DNA of 41,176 bases, taken from a virus. The notes beneath the pieces were generated by a model. That model was not told the DNA's origin and did no database searches. It saw only the letters and a program-made list of their open reading frames with translations. Location of the stretch: the IMG/VR virus record IMGVR_UViG_3300000117_000003; one strand, 5' to 3'. Positions 26,001 through 33,805 of this stretch are shown piece by piece. How positions within the stretch are numbered: position 1 is the stretch's first letter; every line of letters begins with the position of its first letter. A program made the translations under genes and the position numbers.

Positions 26001-26089
26001 AAAGACTGGCAAGAGACTTAACTATTAACAAATACCCGACACTAAAAAAAGCAATATATGATCAAAAATTAAATGAAATGACACAATAG
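23042..26089 (+). CDS. Large (1015 aa) virion-associated / ejection protein candidate
   Basis: It is the second-longest ORF in the structural block, after the 1225-aa fibre, and is contiguous with the internal-protein candidates. No catalytic motif recognised. Confidence 0.5.
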   Translation: MQQQKYTLDQLKLAQTNAQKAGRTKDVELLSRYIETHPDNVSVGENLKRTFLGAVRDTAQSTLDLAKDVTKLKTGVDLKPYVLPEVKEPTNLPLSMTRDVAGFMIPYAGLSKYYKAGKAAQTMAGKIGQAAVKGSVAEQFAFNPDEERLSNLVQKYPNLQNPVTEYLQANPNDPIAEKRFKMALEGTGIAIPLDVLFRGFSKIRKRGKPQDEVVEVKPEEQIGEKPISSDTIDVTSTVEQAKQQVNPQIQPSIKTDTDSFAGNINLNKIDSPEGVKNVIRDTAKQNKDFIEARRGVVPFGSQGEELQAAATDLGMTFDDVTKRKIGQAFNAEEIYATRMIHNQTANDVFNLSTKLQKKVKAGEILEKQDIIDFQHAVTKNTAVQEQLAGMTAEAGRALRQFREMGSSEGAIKARLIKDFFENAPDENTVMAQIEGIVKLADDPQKMATHIRNTHKATTLDKVQEGWINALLSAPPTHMVNMMSNGLVAVTQPIEYTVAAGLGALRKKGSDKITLSEVGARIYGSILGSLDGLKAGWKALKDPDSIEDPLTKIEARRSNAISGVKGKIARIPTRLLAAEDVFFKGIGYRQELWGQALRKAKKEGKGFNRAVEIMDDPAKNFPKIHLKAQDSARILTFTNELGTAAKQGQAILKHFPALRFLVPFYRTPVNIVKYAGQRTPLGRFGSKYKEAIKKGGAEADLARAKIITGTSTMVAAGYLASQGYITGRGGDFKENNIRRETGWQPYSFKMGNEYLTYNRFEPVGIMFGLAADFQDIISKGLAGDLESEELGSLLLASISENLTDKTFFAGISNVIQAISDPDRYGEGFINSFAGSFVPTISAYVRKGEDPYVRDAQDIVDTIYNRIPILSEDLPIKTNVFGEPIEYPKGAAPDFLGNLGKTFSPIKKTQETNDPVFKELVRLEMTPSMPRRKLGNVELSPTQYASLNNEMLNLGVKEQIKQLLQTPLYKALPTFKKKEEINKIINEGKRLARDLTINKYPTLKKAIYDQKLNEMTQ

Positions 26090-26106
26090 TAAAACAGGAG
26101 AGCTAC

Positions 26107-26451
26107 ATGAATAACAACGCAGTAGATTACTTAAATATTCTACTCAAGATAGACACAGTAAAATCCCACAAAACACTCTCTAACCAATCCAAACAAATAA
26201 TATACAAAGAAATACGAGATCAACTACCTCCTGAAATGTTGTCTACAGCAAGTTTAGGTACTCGTAAAATAATATTAGATATTCTTGAGGATAATATAGA
26301 TGAGAAAAGCACGACAAAAAGCACCTCCCAAAAAGAAAAAACATCCAACAAAAGCACCGAAGAACAATTACTTCGCAACGCTGATGTCAACACCAGAGGG
26401 AAGGGCATTAAGAAAGGAATGGTCAACAAGACCAAGAAAAAACGGAGGTAG
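26107..26451 (+). CDS. Hypothetical protein (overlaps the next ORF by 152 nt)
   Basis: AGGAGAG SD. 114-aa ORF with a Lys-rich tail. Confidence 0.45.
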   Translation: MNNNAVDYLNILLKIDTVKSHKTLSNQSKQIIYKEIRDQLPPEMLSTASLGTRKIILDILEDNIDEKSTTKSTSQKEKTSNKSTEEQLLRNADVNTRGKGIKKGMVNKTKKKRR

Positions 26452-26803
26452 ACCAAAAGGTGTACCCGATGGTTATAGAAAAGAAACCATTGAACCGTTA
26501 AGAAAAAAAGCAAAAGAAGAAGCAAAAAAGGTAACAAAAATTATGAGTGAAAAATACAACATTGAAGACGACTATCAAAAAGAAGCTTTGTCTACAGCCG
26601 TAGAAATCATGCGTCTTGTAGGTGAAACCAGAGAACGTCTTGCAGCAGCTAGACTGGTTTTAGATTTTACTAAATCAAAACCTGCCTCTAAAAGTGATGT
26701 ATCTATCAGTAAGGCTGAAGACTTTTTGGCTTCATTATTGAATGAGGATGAGCAACAGAATGAACAAGAAACTAGCGAAAGTACGAAAGAAGTTACTGAA
26801 TGA
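26300..26803 (+). CDS. Small terminase subunit candidate (possible start 26384)
   Basis: It sits immediately upstream of, and overlapping, terL. It has a basic N-terminal region with NGGRPKGVPDG, then helical and acidic C-terminal parts. The call is based on position and composition. Confidence 0.4.
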   Translation: MRKARQKAPPKKKKHPTKAPKNNYFATLMSTPEGRALRKEWSTRPRKNGGRPKGVPDGYRKETIEPLRKKAKEEAKKVTKIMSEKYNIEDDYQKEALSTAVEIMRLVGETRERLAAARLVLDFTKSKPASKSDVSISKAEDFLASLLNEDEQQNEQETSESTKEVTE

Positions 26804-28331
26804 TTTTAGTTTCTATGCCAAATCAGCTTTAAAGATAAGAACCAAAGAAGGAAAAATAGCACCACTTCAACTAAATCCAGCACAAGAGATACTTAATAAA
26901 GTAATCAATGACCAGATGGATACTGAAGGTAAAATTAGAGTCATAATACTCAAAGCACGACAACAAGGATTATCTACTTATACAGGTGGTTATTTTTATT
27001 TTTCTGTAAGTCAAAAACCTGCAAGAAAAGCAATGGTCGTAACGCATCATGCGGATTCAACAAGAGCCTTATTTGATATGACAAAAAGGTTTCATGAGCA
27101 TTGCCCTGATATATTAAAACCACATACAAAATATTCATCAAGACGAGAAATTAACTTTGATGTTTTAGATTCAGGATTTGTGGTCGCAACAGCAGGTGGA
27201 GAAAGTATTGGACGAGGTGAAACCTTAACTCACGTTCATGCTTCAGAATTGGCTTTCTGGCAAAAAAGTACGGCATTAGATAACTGGAATGGATTAACCC
27301 AAGCAGTACCAAACACAAAAGGTACAGCCATATTTGTAGAATCAACAGCCAATGGTATTTCTGGAGTTTTCTACGATCTATGGAGAGGTGCATGTGATGG
27401 TAGTAATGGTTTTGTACCTTGTTTTATACCGTGGTTTACTGACCCTAATTACAGAGAAAAAGTACCTAAAAACTTTGAAAGAACCCCTGAAGAAAATGAT
27501 CTAATCAAAGAATATGATTTAGATGATGAACAGCTCATGTTCAGGCGAAGAAAAATAGCTCAGAATGGTATTGATTTATTTAGACAAGAATACCCAGCAG
27601 AGCCAGAAGAAGCTTTCTTAACTACTGGTAGACCAGTATTTAATCCAGAGCAACTACAGAAAATCTTAGTTAATACACCTGATTTAATAGATAGATTAGC
27701 ATTAGAAGGCGATGAGTTTGTAAACAACGCTAGAGGTGAATTAACAACTTACAGAAAACACCAAGATAGTGAACAGTATGTTATTGGTGCTGATGTTGCT
27801 ATGGGTGTAAGAAATGGTGACTACAGTGTAGCTCAAGTTTTAGATTCAAAGAAAAGACAAGTAGCTATCTGGAGAGGACACGTTCACCCTGATTATTTTT
27901 CTGAAATACTTTATGCGTTAGGTGAATATTACAATCAAGCTTTTATCTGTGTAGAGAATAACTCTCACGGAATACTAACCTGTACTCGTCTTGCAAAAGA
28001 TATGAATTATCCTAATTTTTATACTGAAGTACAGGTCGATAAATTGACTGACAGAGAAACTATAAAGCTTGGGTTTACTACAACAGCAAAAACAAAACCT
28101 TTAATAATAGATCAATTAAGAGCTTCAATGCGTGAAAACGAAATAGAGCTTAATGATAAAACAACTATTAGAGAAATGATGAGTTACATCGTAACTGAAT
28201 CTGGAGCAATGCAAGCAGAAGCAGGAGCGTTTGATGACACTATTATTTCTTTGGCTTTAGCTAACCACGTTCATGAAGGTGCGTGGCAACCTGTTAAATT
28301 TAATGACGACTTTTATATTGAGATGGTTTAA
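26742..28331 (+). CDS. terL: Terminase large subunit
   Basis: N-terminal LNDFSFYAKSALKIRTKEGKIAPLQLNPAQE, Walker-A-like ILKARQQGLSTY, and a C-terminal nuclease-like region with IGADVAMG...ENNSHG...FDDT. It is followed 3 nt later by the portal gene. Confidence 0.85.
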   Translation: MRMSNRMNKKLAKVRKKLLNDFSFYAKSALKIRTKEGKIAPLQLNPAQEILNKVINDQMDTEGKIRVIILKARQQGLSTYTGGYFYFSVSQKPARKAMVVTHHADSTRALFDMTKRFHEHCPDILKPHTKYSSRREINFDVLDSGFVVATAGGESIGRGETLTHVHASELAFWQKSTALDNWNGLTQAVPNTKGTAIFVESTANGISGVFYDLWRGACDGSNGFVPCFIPWFTDPNYREKVPKNFERTPEENDLIKEYDLDDEQLMFRRRKIAQNGIDLFRQEYPAEPEEAFLTTGRPVFNPEQLQKILVNTPDLIDRLALEGDEFVNNARGELTTYRKHQDSEQYVIGADVAMGVRNGDYSVAQVLDSKKRQVAIWRGHVHPDYFSEILYALGEYYNQAFICVENNSHGILTCTRLAKDMNYPNFYTEVQVDKLTDRETIKLGFTTTAKTKPLIIDQLRASMRENEIELNDKTTIREMMSYIVTESGAMQAEAGAFDDTIISLALANHVHEGAWQPVKFNDDFYIEMV

Positions 28332-28333
28332 AC

Positions 28334-30370
28334 ATGGCAAAAAAACAATTTGATAAATTGGATGATACAAATATTATTGCACTTGTAGATGATAATGTTA
28401 GACAAGCAGTAGGCTACTACGATTCTGAAATATCTAATGAACGTACTAGAGTAATTGATTACTACAACGCTACACTTCCAAAACCAGTACATTCAGGAAA
28501 CTCTAAATATGTATCACAGGATGTATACGATGCAGTAGAATCTATGAAATCAGCACTACTAGAAACATTCTCTAGTGGTGGAGCAGTAAACACAGTTAAA
28601 TTTGATGCTGTAAATGCAGATGATGTAGCTCAAGCTAACACTTGTACTAATTATGTCAACTATGTAGCACATAGACAGAATGATATGTTTAGCGTCATGA
28701 GTAGTGTTATCCATGATGCTCTTGTAGCAAGAAATGGTATAGCAAAAGTTTATTGGCAAGAACAAGAAGAAGTCACTCCAGAATACTTTGAGAATCTAAA
28801 TCCTGATGAATTAGATATGCTCATATCCCAAGATAACATTGAGTTAAGTGATAGTGTAGTAGATGAATTTGGGTTTACATCTGGAGAAATACTTGTATCA
28901 AGAGATACTTCTCAAGTCATTATAGAAAACATTGCACCTGAAGAATTTTTAATAGAGCCTCAAGCAAAAAGTCTTGATGACGTTTCTTTTGTTGCTCACA
29001 GAACTAGAAAAACTTTATCTGAGTTACGAGAAGAAGGTTACTCAGAAGAAATCATTGGTAAAATTGGAGATCATTCCGATGTTGACCATGAGACAGACCC
29101 AGAGGTATTAGCTAGATTTGATAACGTAGGATCTAGTCTTGCCTTTAACAATAACGACTACCAAGACCAAGTACGATCAGTACAAATTGTAGAAGCATAT
29201 ATACATTTGGATATCGAGGGTTCGGGTATAGCGGATTTGTGGCGTATCACCAAAGCTGGCAATGCACTGTTATCGAAAGTGAAAGTGACCAGAAAACCCT
29301 TCATTACGTTTTCCCCTATACCCATCCCTCATTCTTTCTTTGGTAGTAATTTTGGTGACAAAGTTGTTCCGACACAAAATGCAAGAACTGTATTAACAAG
29401 ATCAATTTTAGATCATGCTGTAGTTACTAATAATCCAAGATACATGGTTACTAAAGGTTCTTTACCTAACCCAAGAGAACTTATAGATAACAGAGTAGGT
29501 GGTATTGTAAACGTAACAAGACCTGATGCTATAACTCCAATGATGCAGCCTAATTTGAACCCATTTGTATTCCAAACTATCAAGATGCTAGATGAGCAGC
29601 TAGAAGATACAACTGGTGTTGCAGCTATATCTCAAGGTTTAAATAAAGATGCTGTAAGTAAACAAAACAGTGCTGCCATGATAGAACAACTACAAACTAT
29701 GAGTCAGCAAAGACAAAAGATTATAGCTAGGCATTTTGCAACTCAATTTATTAAACCAATGTATCAAGAGATATACGCATTATGTGTAGAAAATGAAGAT
29801 CAAGAAAAGATTGTAGATATTGGTGGTGAATATGTCGCCATTACACCTGCACAATGGGCTGACAAAAGAGATGTAACTATTAGTCTGCATCTTGGTTATG
29901 GTGAACAAGAAAGAGAGTCACAGAAAATGATTGGGATGCACCAAACATTTACTCAAGACCCAAGTTTACAACGTATGTATACACCTAATAACCAATATGA
30001 ATTAATGAAAAAGGTTATGGAATTAAATGGGATAAAAGATGCTACAACATTCTTAACACCTCCAGAACAACTACCAGAACCACAACCAGATCCAGCAGCA
30101 ATGATGCAAATGGAATTAGCACAGAAGCAAATGGAAATACAAGAAAGACAGACTGTTATAGGTGAGGCTAAATTACAAAGTGATATTGAGAAAGATAAAC
30201 TCAAACATCAATTAGATGTCATGAAAGCTGAGAACCAATTTGCTATCCAATCAGATCAAGTTGATATTAAAGAAGACACGTTAGATCACAAGAAAGCTGT
30301 AGATGCTGCTGAATTAGAATTAGCAAATAGAGCAGAAGAAATAACCGCAATTGCAAGTCCAAACGCATAG
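28334..30370 (+). CDS. Portal protein
   Basis: 678-aa ORF directly after terL and before scaffold and capsid. It has a charged helical C-terminal tail, typical of a portal. Confidence 0.8.
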   Translation: MAKKQFDKLDDTNIIALVDDNVRQAVGYYDSEISNERTRVIDYYNATLPKPVHSGNSKYVSQDVYDAVESMKSALLETFSSGGAVNTVKFDAVNADDVAQANTCTNYVNYVAHRQNDMFSVMSSVIHDALVARNGIAKVYWQEQEEVTPEYFENLNPDELDMLISQDNIELSDSVVDEFGFTSGEILVSRDTSQVIIENIAPEEFLIEPQAKSLDDVSFVAHRTRKTLSELREEGYSEEIIGKIGDHSDVDHETDPEVLARFDNVGSSLAFNNNDYQDQVRSVQIVEAYIHLDIEGSGIADLWRITKAGNALLSKVKVTRKPFITFSPIPIPHSFFGSNFGDKVVPTQNARTVLTRSILDHAVVTNNPRYMVTKGSLPNPRELIDNRVGGIVNVTRPDAITPMMQPNLNPFVFQTIKMLDEQLEDTTGVAAISQGLNKDAVSKQNSAAMIEQLQTMSQQRQKIIARHFATQFIKPMYQEIYALCVENEDQEKIVDIGGEYVAITPAQWADKRDVTISLHLGYGEQERESQKMIGMHQTFTQDPSLQRMYTPNNQYELMKKVMELNGIKDATTFLTPPEQLPEPQPDPAAMMQMELAQKQMEIQERQTVIGEAKLQSDIEKDKLKHQLDVMKAENQFAIQSDQVDIKEDTLDHKKAVDAAELELANRAEEITAIASPNA

Positions 30371-30379
30371 GAGAAAAGT

Positions 30380-30445
30380 ATGCCTTCAGGAAAAGGAACG
30401 TATGGAAAAAAAAGAGGCAGACCGCCTAAAAAGAAAAAGAAATAG
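30380..30445 (+). CDS. Possible 21-aa basic mini-ORF with AT-hook-like core
   Basis: AGGAGAAAAGT precedes the ATG. Translation: MPSGKGTYGKKRGRPPKKKKK (RGRP core). An intrinsic terminator follows. Confidence 0.25.
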   Translation: MPSGKGTYGKKRGRPPKKKKK

Positions 30446-30454
30446 TAACCCCCC

Positions 30455-30478
30455 AAGCCTCTTTATTGAGGCTTTTTT
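30455..30478 (+). terminator. Rho-independent terminator after portal
   Basis: AAGCCTC-TTTATT-GAGGCTT followed by TTTTAT. Confidence 0.65.
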
Positions 30479-30501
30479 ATGTCTAATTAAAGGAGACACA
30501 A

Positions 30502-30774
30502 ATGAGCAAACAAGAAGAAACCCTAGTGAAATTAGGAGACGATGCAGAAGAACTTATGAATACTCCTGTATTCACGAACACAATCAATGCACTTGTTGAA
30601 GCGACTTTTCAAGCTTTTATAAATTCTGAGCCTGATAAGTCAAAAGAAAGAGAAGTAACCTACACTCATTACAGAGCTATTGTAGATATTGTTAATACAT
30701 TGAAACAACGGATTTCTGTAAGAGATGAAATTAATGAAAAACTAAAAAGCGATAACAGCAAAAACGAGGAGTAA
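30502..30774 (+). CDS. Hypothetical head-module protein
   Basis: AAGGAGACAC SD. 90-aa helical ORF between portal and scaffold. Confidence 0.6.
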   Translation: MSKQEETLVKLGDDAEELMNTPVFTNTINALVEATFQAFINSEPDKSKEREVTYTHYRAIVDIVNTLKQRISVRDEINEKLKSDNSKNEE

Positions 30775-30780
30775 AGGATC

Positions 30781-31848
30781 ATGTCAAACGATAACGTCCA
30801 ACAAAACCCCACGTCTCCAGTAGCGTTGACAATTGATGATGCTGCTGAAGCCATTTTAAATAACTGGAGGGACGCTGATGAGCCATCCCAAGAAGGTAAT
30901 TTAGAGGCAACCGATGATTCAGGTGAGACTACTGATGAAGCGGTAATTGAGGATACTGAAAACGAAGTAGCCGAAGATGAGAATGAAGACCCTGAGCAAA
31001 CATCCCAAGAAGAAATTGAAGATGAAGACAATAGCGAAACAGAAGATCAAGATGAAAATTCTGAAGAATCAGAAGAAGAATCAGAAGAAGAATTAGAAGT
31101 CTTACCTGATGAAGCTATTGTTGAAGTTACAGTGGATGGGAATGTAGAACAGGTATCTGTTAAGTCTCTGAAACGATTACACGGACAAGAAAGTAGTCTT
31201 ACCAAGAAGTCTCAAGAAGTAAGTAACCAGCGCAAAGAAGCAGATGAAGCTCTTAAACAAGCTGATTTTGTGATGCAAAGTATGTTAACTAGAGCTGAAG
31301 AACGCTATAAGCCTTATGCCGAAGTAGACATGTTGTTAGCCTCTAAAACAATGGAAGCTGATGATTTTGCTCTATTACGTTCTGAAGCAAATCAAGCTCA
31401 AAGTGATTTAAAATACTTAAAAGAAGAAAGTCAAAAGTTTTATACTGAAGCTCAAGAAAAGATGGTAGCTCAACAGCAAGAAAACGCTAAAAAAGCTATA
31501 GAAGTCTTACAAAAAGATATACCTGAGTGGAGTACAAAACTGTATGACCAAATTCGTGAGTTTTCTATAACATCTGGATTGCCTGAACAGGAAGTTAACC
31601 AGTATTCAGACCCGACTGTAATTAAGTTATTACATAAGGCTATGCTGTATGACAAATCTAAAAAGACAGCCAATGTTAAAAAGGTGAAAGCCAAGAAAAC
31701 TAAAGTATTAAGATCAAAGAAAGCTCCCCCATCACCTAAGCAAACTAAAGATGTTCGTAAGCAAGCAGCCTACGACAAACTTAGAACTCAAGGTGGTAGT
31801 GATTTAGATGACATATCAGCAGCAATCTTAGCAGGCTGGGAATCTTAA
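30781..31848 (+). CDS. Scaffolding protein candidate
   Basis: It sits between portal and major capsid. The N-terminal third is extremely acidic (EDENEDPEQTSQEEIEDEDNSETEDQDENSEESEEESEEE), followed by coiled-coil and a basic C-terminus. Confidence 0.65.
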   Translation: MSNDNVQQNPTSPVALTIDDAAEAILNNWRDADEPSQEGNLEATDDSGETTDEAVIEDTENEVAEDENEDPEQTSQEEIEDEDNSETEDQDENSEESEEESEEELEVLPDEAIVEVTVDGNVEQVSVKSLKRLHGQESSLTKKSQEVSNQRKEADEALKQADFVMQSMLTRAEERYKPYAEVDMLLASKTMEADDFALLRSEANQAQSDLKYLKEESQKFYTEAQEKMVAQQQENAKKAIEVLQKDIPEWSTKLYDQIREFSITSGLPEQEVNQYSDPTVIKLLHKAMLYDKSKKTANVKKVKAKKTKVLRSKKAPPSPKQTKDVRKQAAYDKLRTQGGSDLDDISAAILAGWES

Positions 31849-31883
31849 ATTATCTTTAACCTTTAATACAATAGGAAATCAAC

Positions 31884-32765
31884 ATGGCTACATATACTAC
31901 CTACACTTCTGTAGGACAAGCCGAAGATGTATCATCTCTTATAGCAATGATTTCTCCAACTGCCACTCCCTTTCAAAGCATGGTCAAGAACGAAAAGACT
32001 TCTGCAAGAACTTTTGAGTGGATGGAGGATGCGTTAAGAGCTAGTGCTGACAATAAAAAAGTTGAAGGAGCAGATGCTTCTACAATTACTATCAGCCCGA
32101 CTACACTTCGCAGCAACACATGTCAGATTATAGCTGAGGCATTTGCTGTCTCTGGTACTGCTGACGCTGTTAAAACACATGGTCGCGCCACTGAAACTGC
32201 GTATCAACTATCAAAAACTCTTAAAGTAATCAAAAACGATTACGAAAGAGCAATGGTAGGAATCTCTAATGCACTAGCAGCAGGAAACGCTAGTACCGCT
32301 AGAGAGATGGCATCAATAGATCAGCAAATCTCTACAACTTTAGATGCAGGTTCAAACTCAACAGATGCTTTAACAGAAGCAAAATTGTTAACTTTGCACC
32401 AAACATGTTACACAAATGGTTCTGAACCATCTGTATTCATGATTAAACCTGCTGATGCTACTATCATTGCTGGTTTTGCGACTGCAACTGGTAGAAATCG
32501 TGAGATTGATGCGAAGCAACTTACTAATGTGATTGACGTAATTCTAACTCCATTCGGGGAATTGAGGACTGTAATAAATAGACAGAATTTAAGCACACAT
32601 GGGTACTTAATTGATCCATCTATGTTTAGGACTGTTACGTTACGTCCATTTGCAAGAACTTTACTCGCTAAAAATGGCGATGCTGACACACACAATGTTG
32701 TCGGTGAAGTTTCTGTGAAACACATGTCTTTCGCTGATTCAGGAATGATTACTGGATTGTCGTAA
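31884..32765 (+). CDS. Major capsid protein
   Basis: 293-aa ORF after the scaffold gene. The N-terminal ISPTATPFQSMV...ARTFEWMEDAL is typical of one podovirus HK97-fold capsid family. A strong terminator follows, as is usual for capsid genes. Confidence 0.8.
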   Translation: MATYTTYTSVGQAEDVSSLIAMISPTATPFQSMVKNEKTSARTFEWMEDALRASADNKKVEGADASTITISPTTLRSNTCQIIAEAFAVSGTADAVKTHGRATETAYQLSKTLKVIKNDYERAMVGISNALAAGNASTAREMASIDQQISTTLDAGSNSTDALTEAKLLTLHQTCYTNGSEPSVFMIKPADATIIAGFATATGRNREIDAKQLTNVIDVILTPFGELRTVINRQNLSTHGYLIDPSMFRTVTLRPFARTLLAKNGDADTHNVVGEVSVKHMSFADSGMITGLS

Positions 32766-32777
32766 GTAATAAATTAG

Positions 32778-32838
32778 GGGATTGGTTAGATATAGGGTTT
32801 TGCTCTCCTTAACTATGTCTAATCTTTCCCTTTTTTTT
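32778..32838 (+). terminator. Rho-independent terminator after the capsid gene
   Basis: GGGATTGGTTAGA pairs with TCTAATCTTTCCC (with a TT/TT internal loop), followed by T8 (32831-32838). Confidence 0.7.
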
Positions 32839-32861
32839 AATTTATCAAAAGGAATATTTAA

Positions 32862-33179
32862 ATGTCAACAAAAGACAAAAACACACCTTTTAATGATGTT
32901 GAGCAACGTCTGGCTAAAGATCCAGATTCATTAATGACCCTCCAAAATCAACAGCAGATACCACAAAGTTACATTGATGGTTTAAAAAGTGATAAATGGG
33001 ATTCAAGGAGTACAAGAGCAGGTGATTACATGCGAGTAGCAAGTATTCCTGCTGTGGTTTATGACCAATGGAAAAGAGAAGGTTTTGATGCACTCAAAGA
33101 ACCTCCTAAAGAAATATTAAAAAGATTAAAACAGCAGAATTTAGATGCGTTTATAACTACTAACAAGCGAGTTTATTAA
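32862..33179 (+). CDS. Hypothetical head/neck protein
   Basis: 105-aa ORF in the structural block. No motif recognised. Confidence 0.55.
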   Translation: MSTKDKNTPFNDVEQRLAKDPDSLMTLQNQQQIPQSYIDGLKSDKWDSRSTRAGDYMRVASIPAVVYDQWKREGFDALKEPPKEILKRLKQQNLDAFITTNKRVY

Positions 33180-33181
33180 TA

Positions 33182-33790
33182 ATGAATTACGGTGATCTAA
33201 GAACACATTTTAAAGCACTACTAAATCGTAGTGATATAACGGATGCACTAGCAAATACTTTTATAGATCAAGGTATTGCTAGAATCCAAAGAACACTGAG
33301 AATACCAAGTATGGAAAAACAACATACATACACAATATCAGCTCAGACTTCAAAAGTAACAATACCAAATGATTTCTTAGAAGCCATAGATTTAATCTAC
33401 GATAACCACACGTTAAGTAGAGTACCTATGAAAGAAATACAGGATTATAAAAAAGCAGGACAAACTGGATCTCCCCACATGTTTACTAGAGAAGGTGGAT
33501 CTTTCTTGTTATATCCAGAGCCTACAGGTGGGAGTCTAATATTAAATTATTACGCTCAATATACAGCTTTGTCTGCTGATTCAGATACCAATGTATTAAC
33601 AGATATTGCATCAGATTTAATTTGCTATGCAGCTTTAGTTTACGCAAGTGATTACTTTCTTGATGATCGTAGAACTGTATTTGAAACAACGTATCTTTCA
33701 TTCTTAATAGAAATACAGGAACAAGCTAACGATGCTGAAATGTCAGGCAGTCTTCAATCTATAAGACCTGCTTATCAATTAGATATATAG
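33182..33790 (+). CDS. Head-tail adaptor candidate
   Basis: 202-aa ORF between the capsid and fibre genes. The N-terminal LRTHFKALLNRSDITDALANTFIDQGIARIQRTLRIP pattern resembles adaptor/connector proteins. The assignment is positional. Confidence 0.4.
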   Translation: MNYGDLRTHFKALLNRSDITDALANTFIDQGIARIQRTLRIPSMEKQHTYTISAQTSKVTIPNDFLEAIDLIYDNHTLSRVPMKEIQDYKKAGQTGSPHMFTREGGSFLLYPEPTGGSLILNYYAQYTALSADSDTNVLTDIASDLICYAALVYASDYFLDDRRTVFETTYLSFLIEIQEQANDAEMSGSLQSIRPAYQLDI

Positions 33791-33805
33791 TCCGTGGAGT
33801 AATTA

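Noticed and set aside
30351-30599. 82-aa ORF spanning the portal/scaffold intergenic region
   Set aside because: It runs through an intrinsic terminator and the SD and start of the next gene. Its composition is Arg/Lys-rich shadow frame. The short SD-led 21-aa ORF plus the 30502 gene explain the region better.
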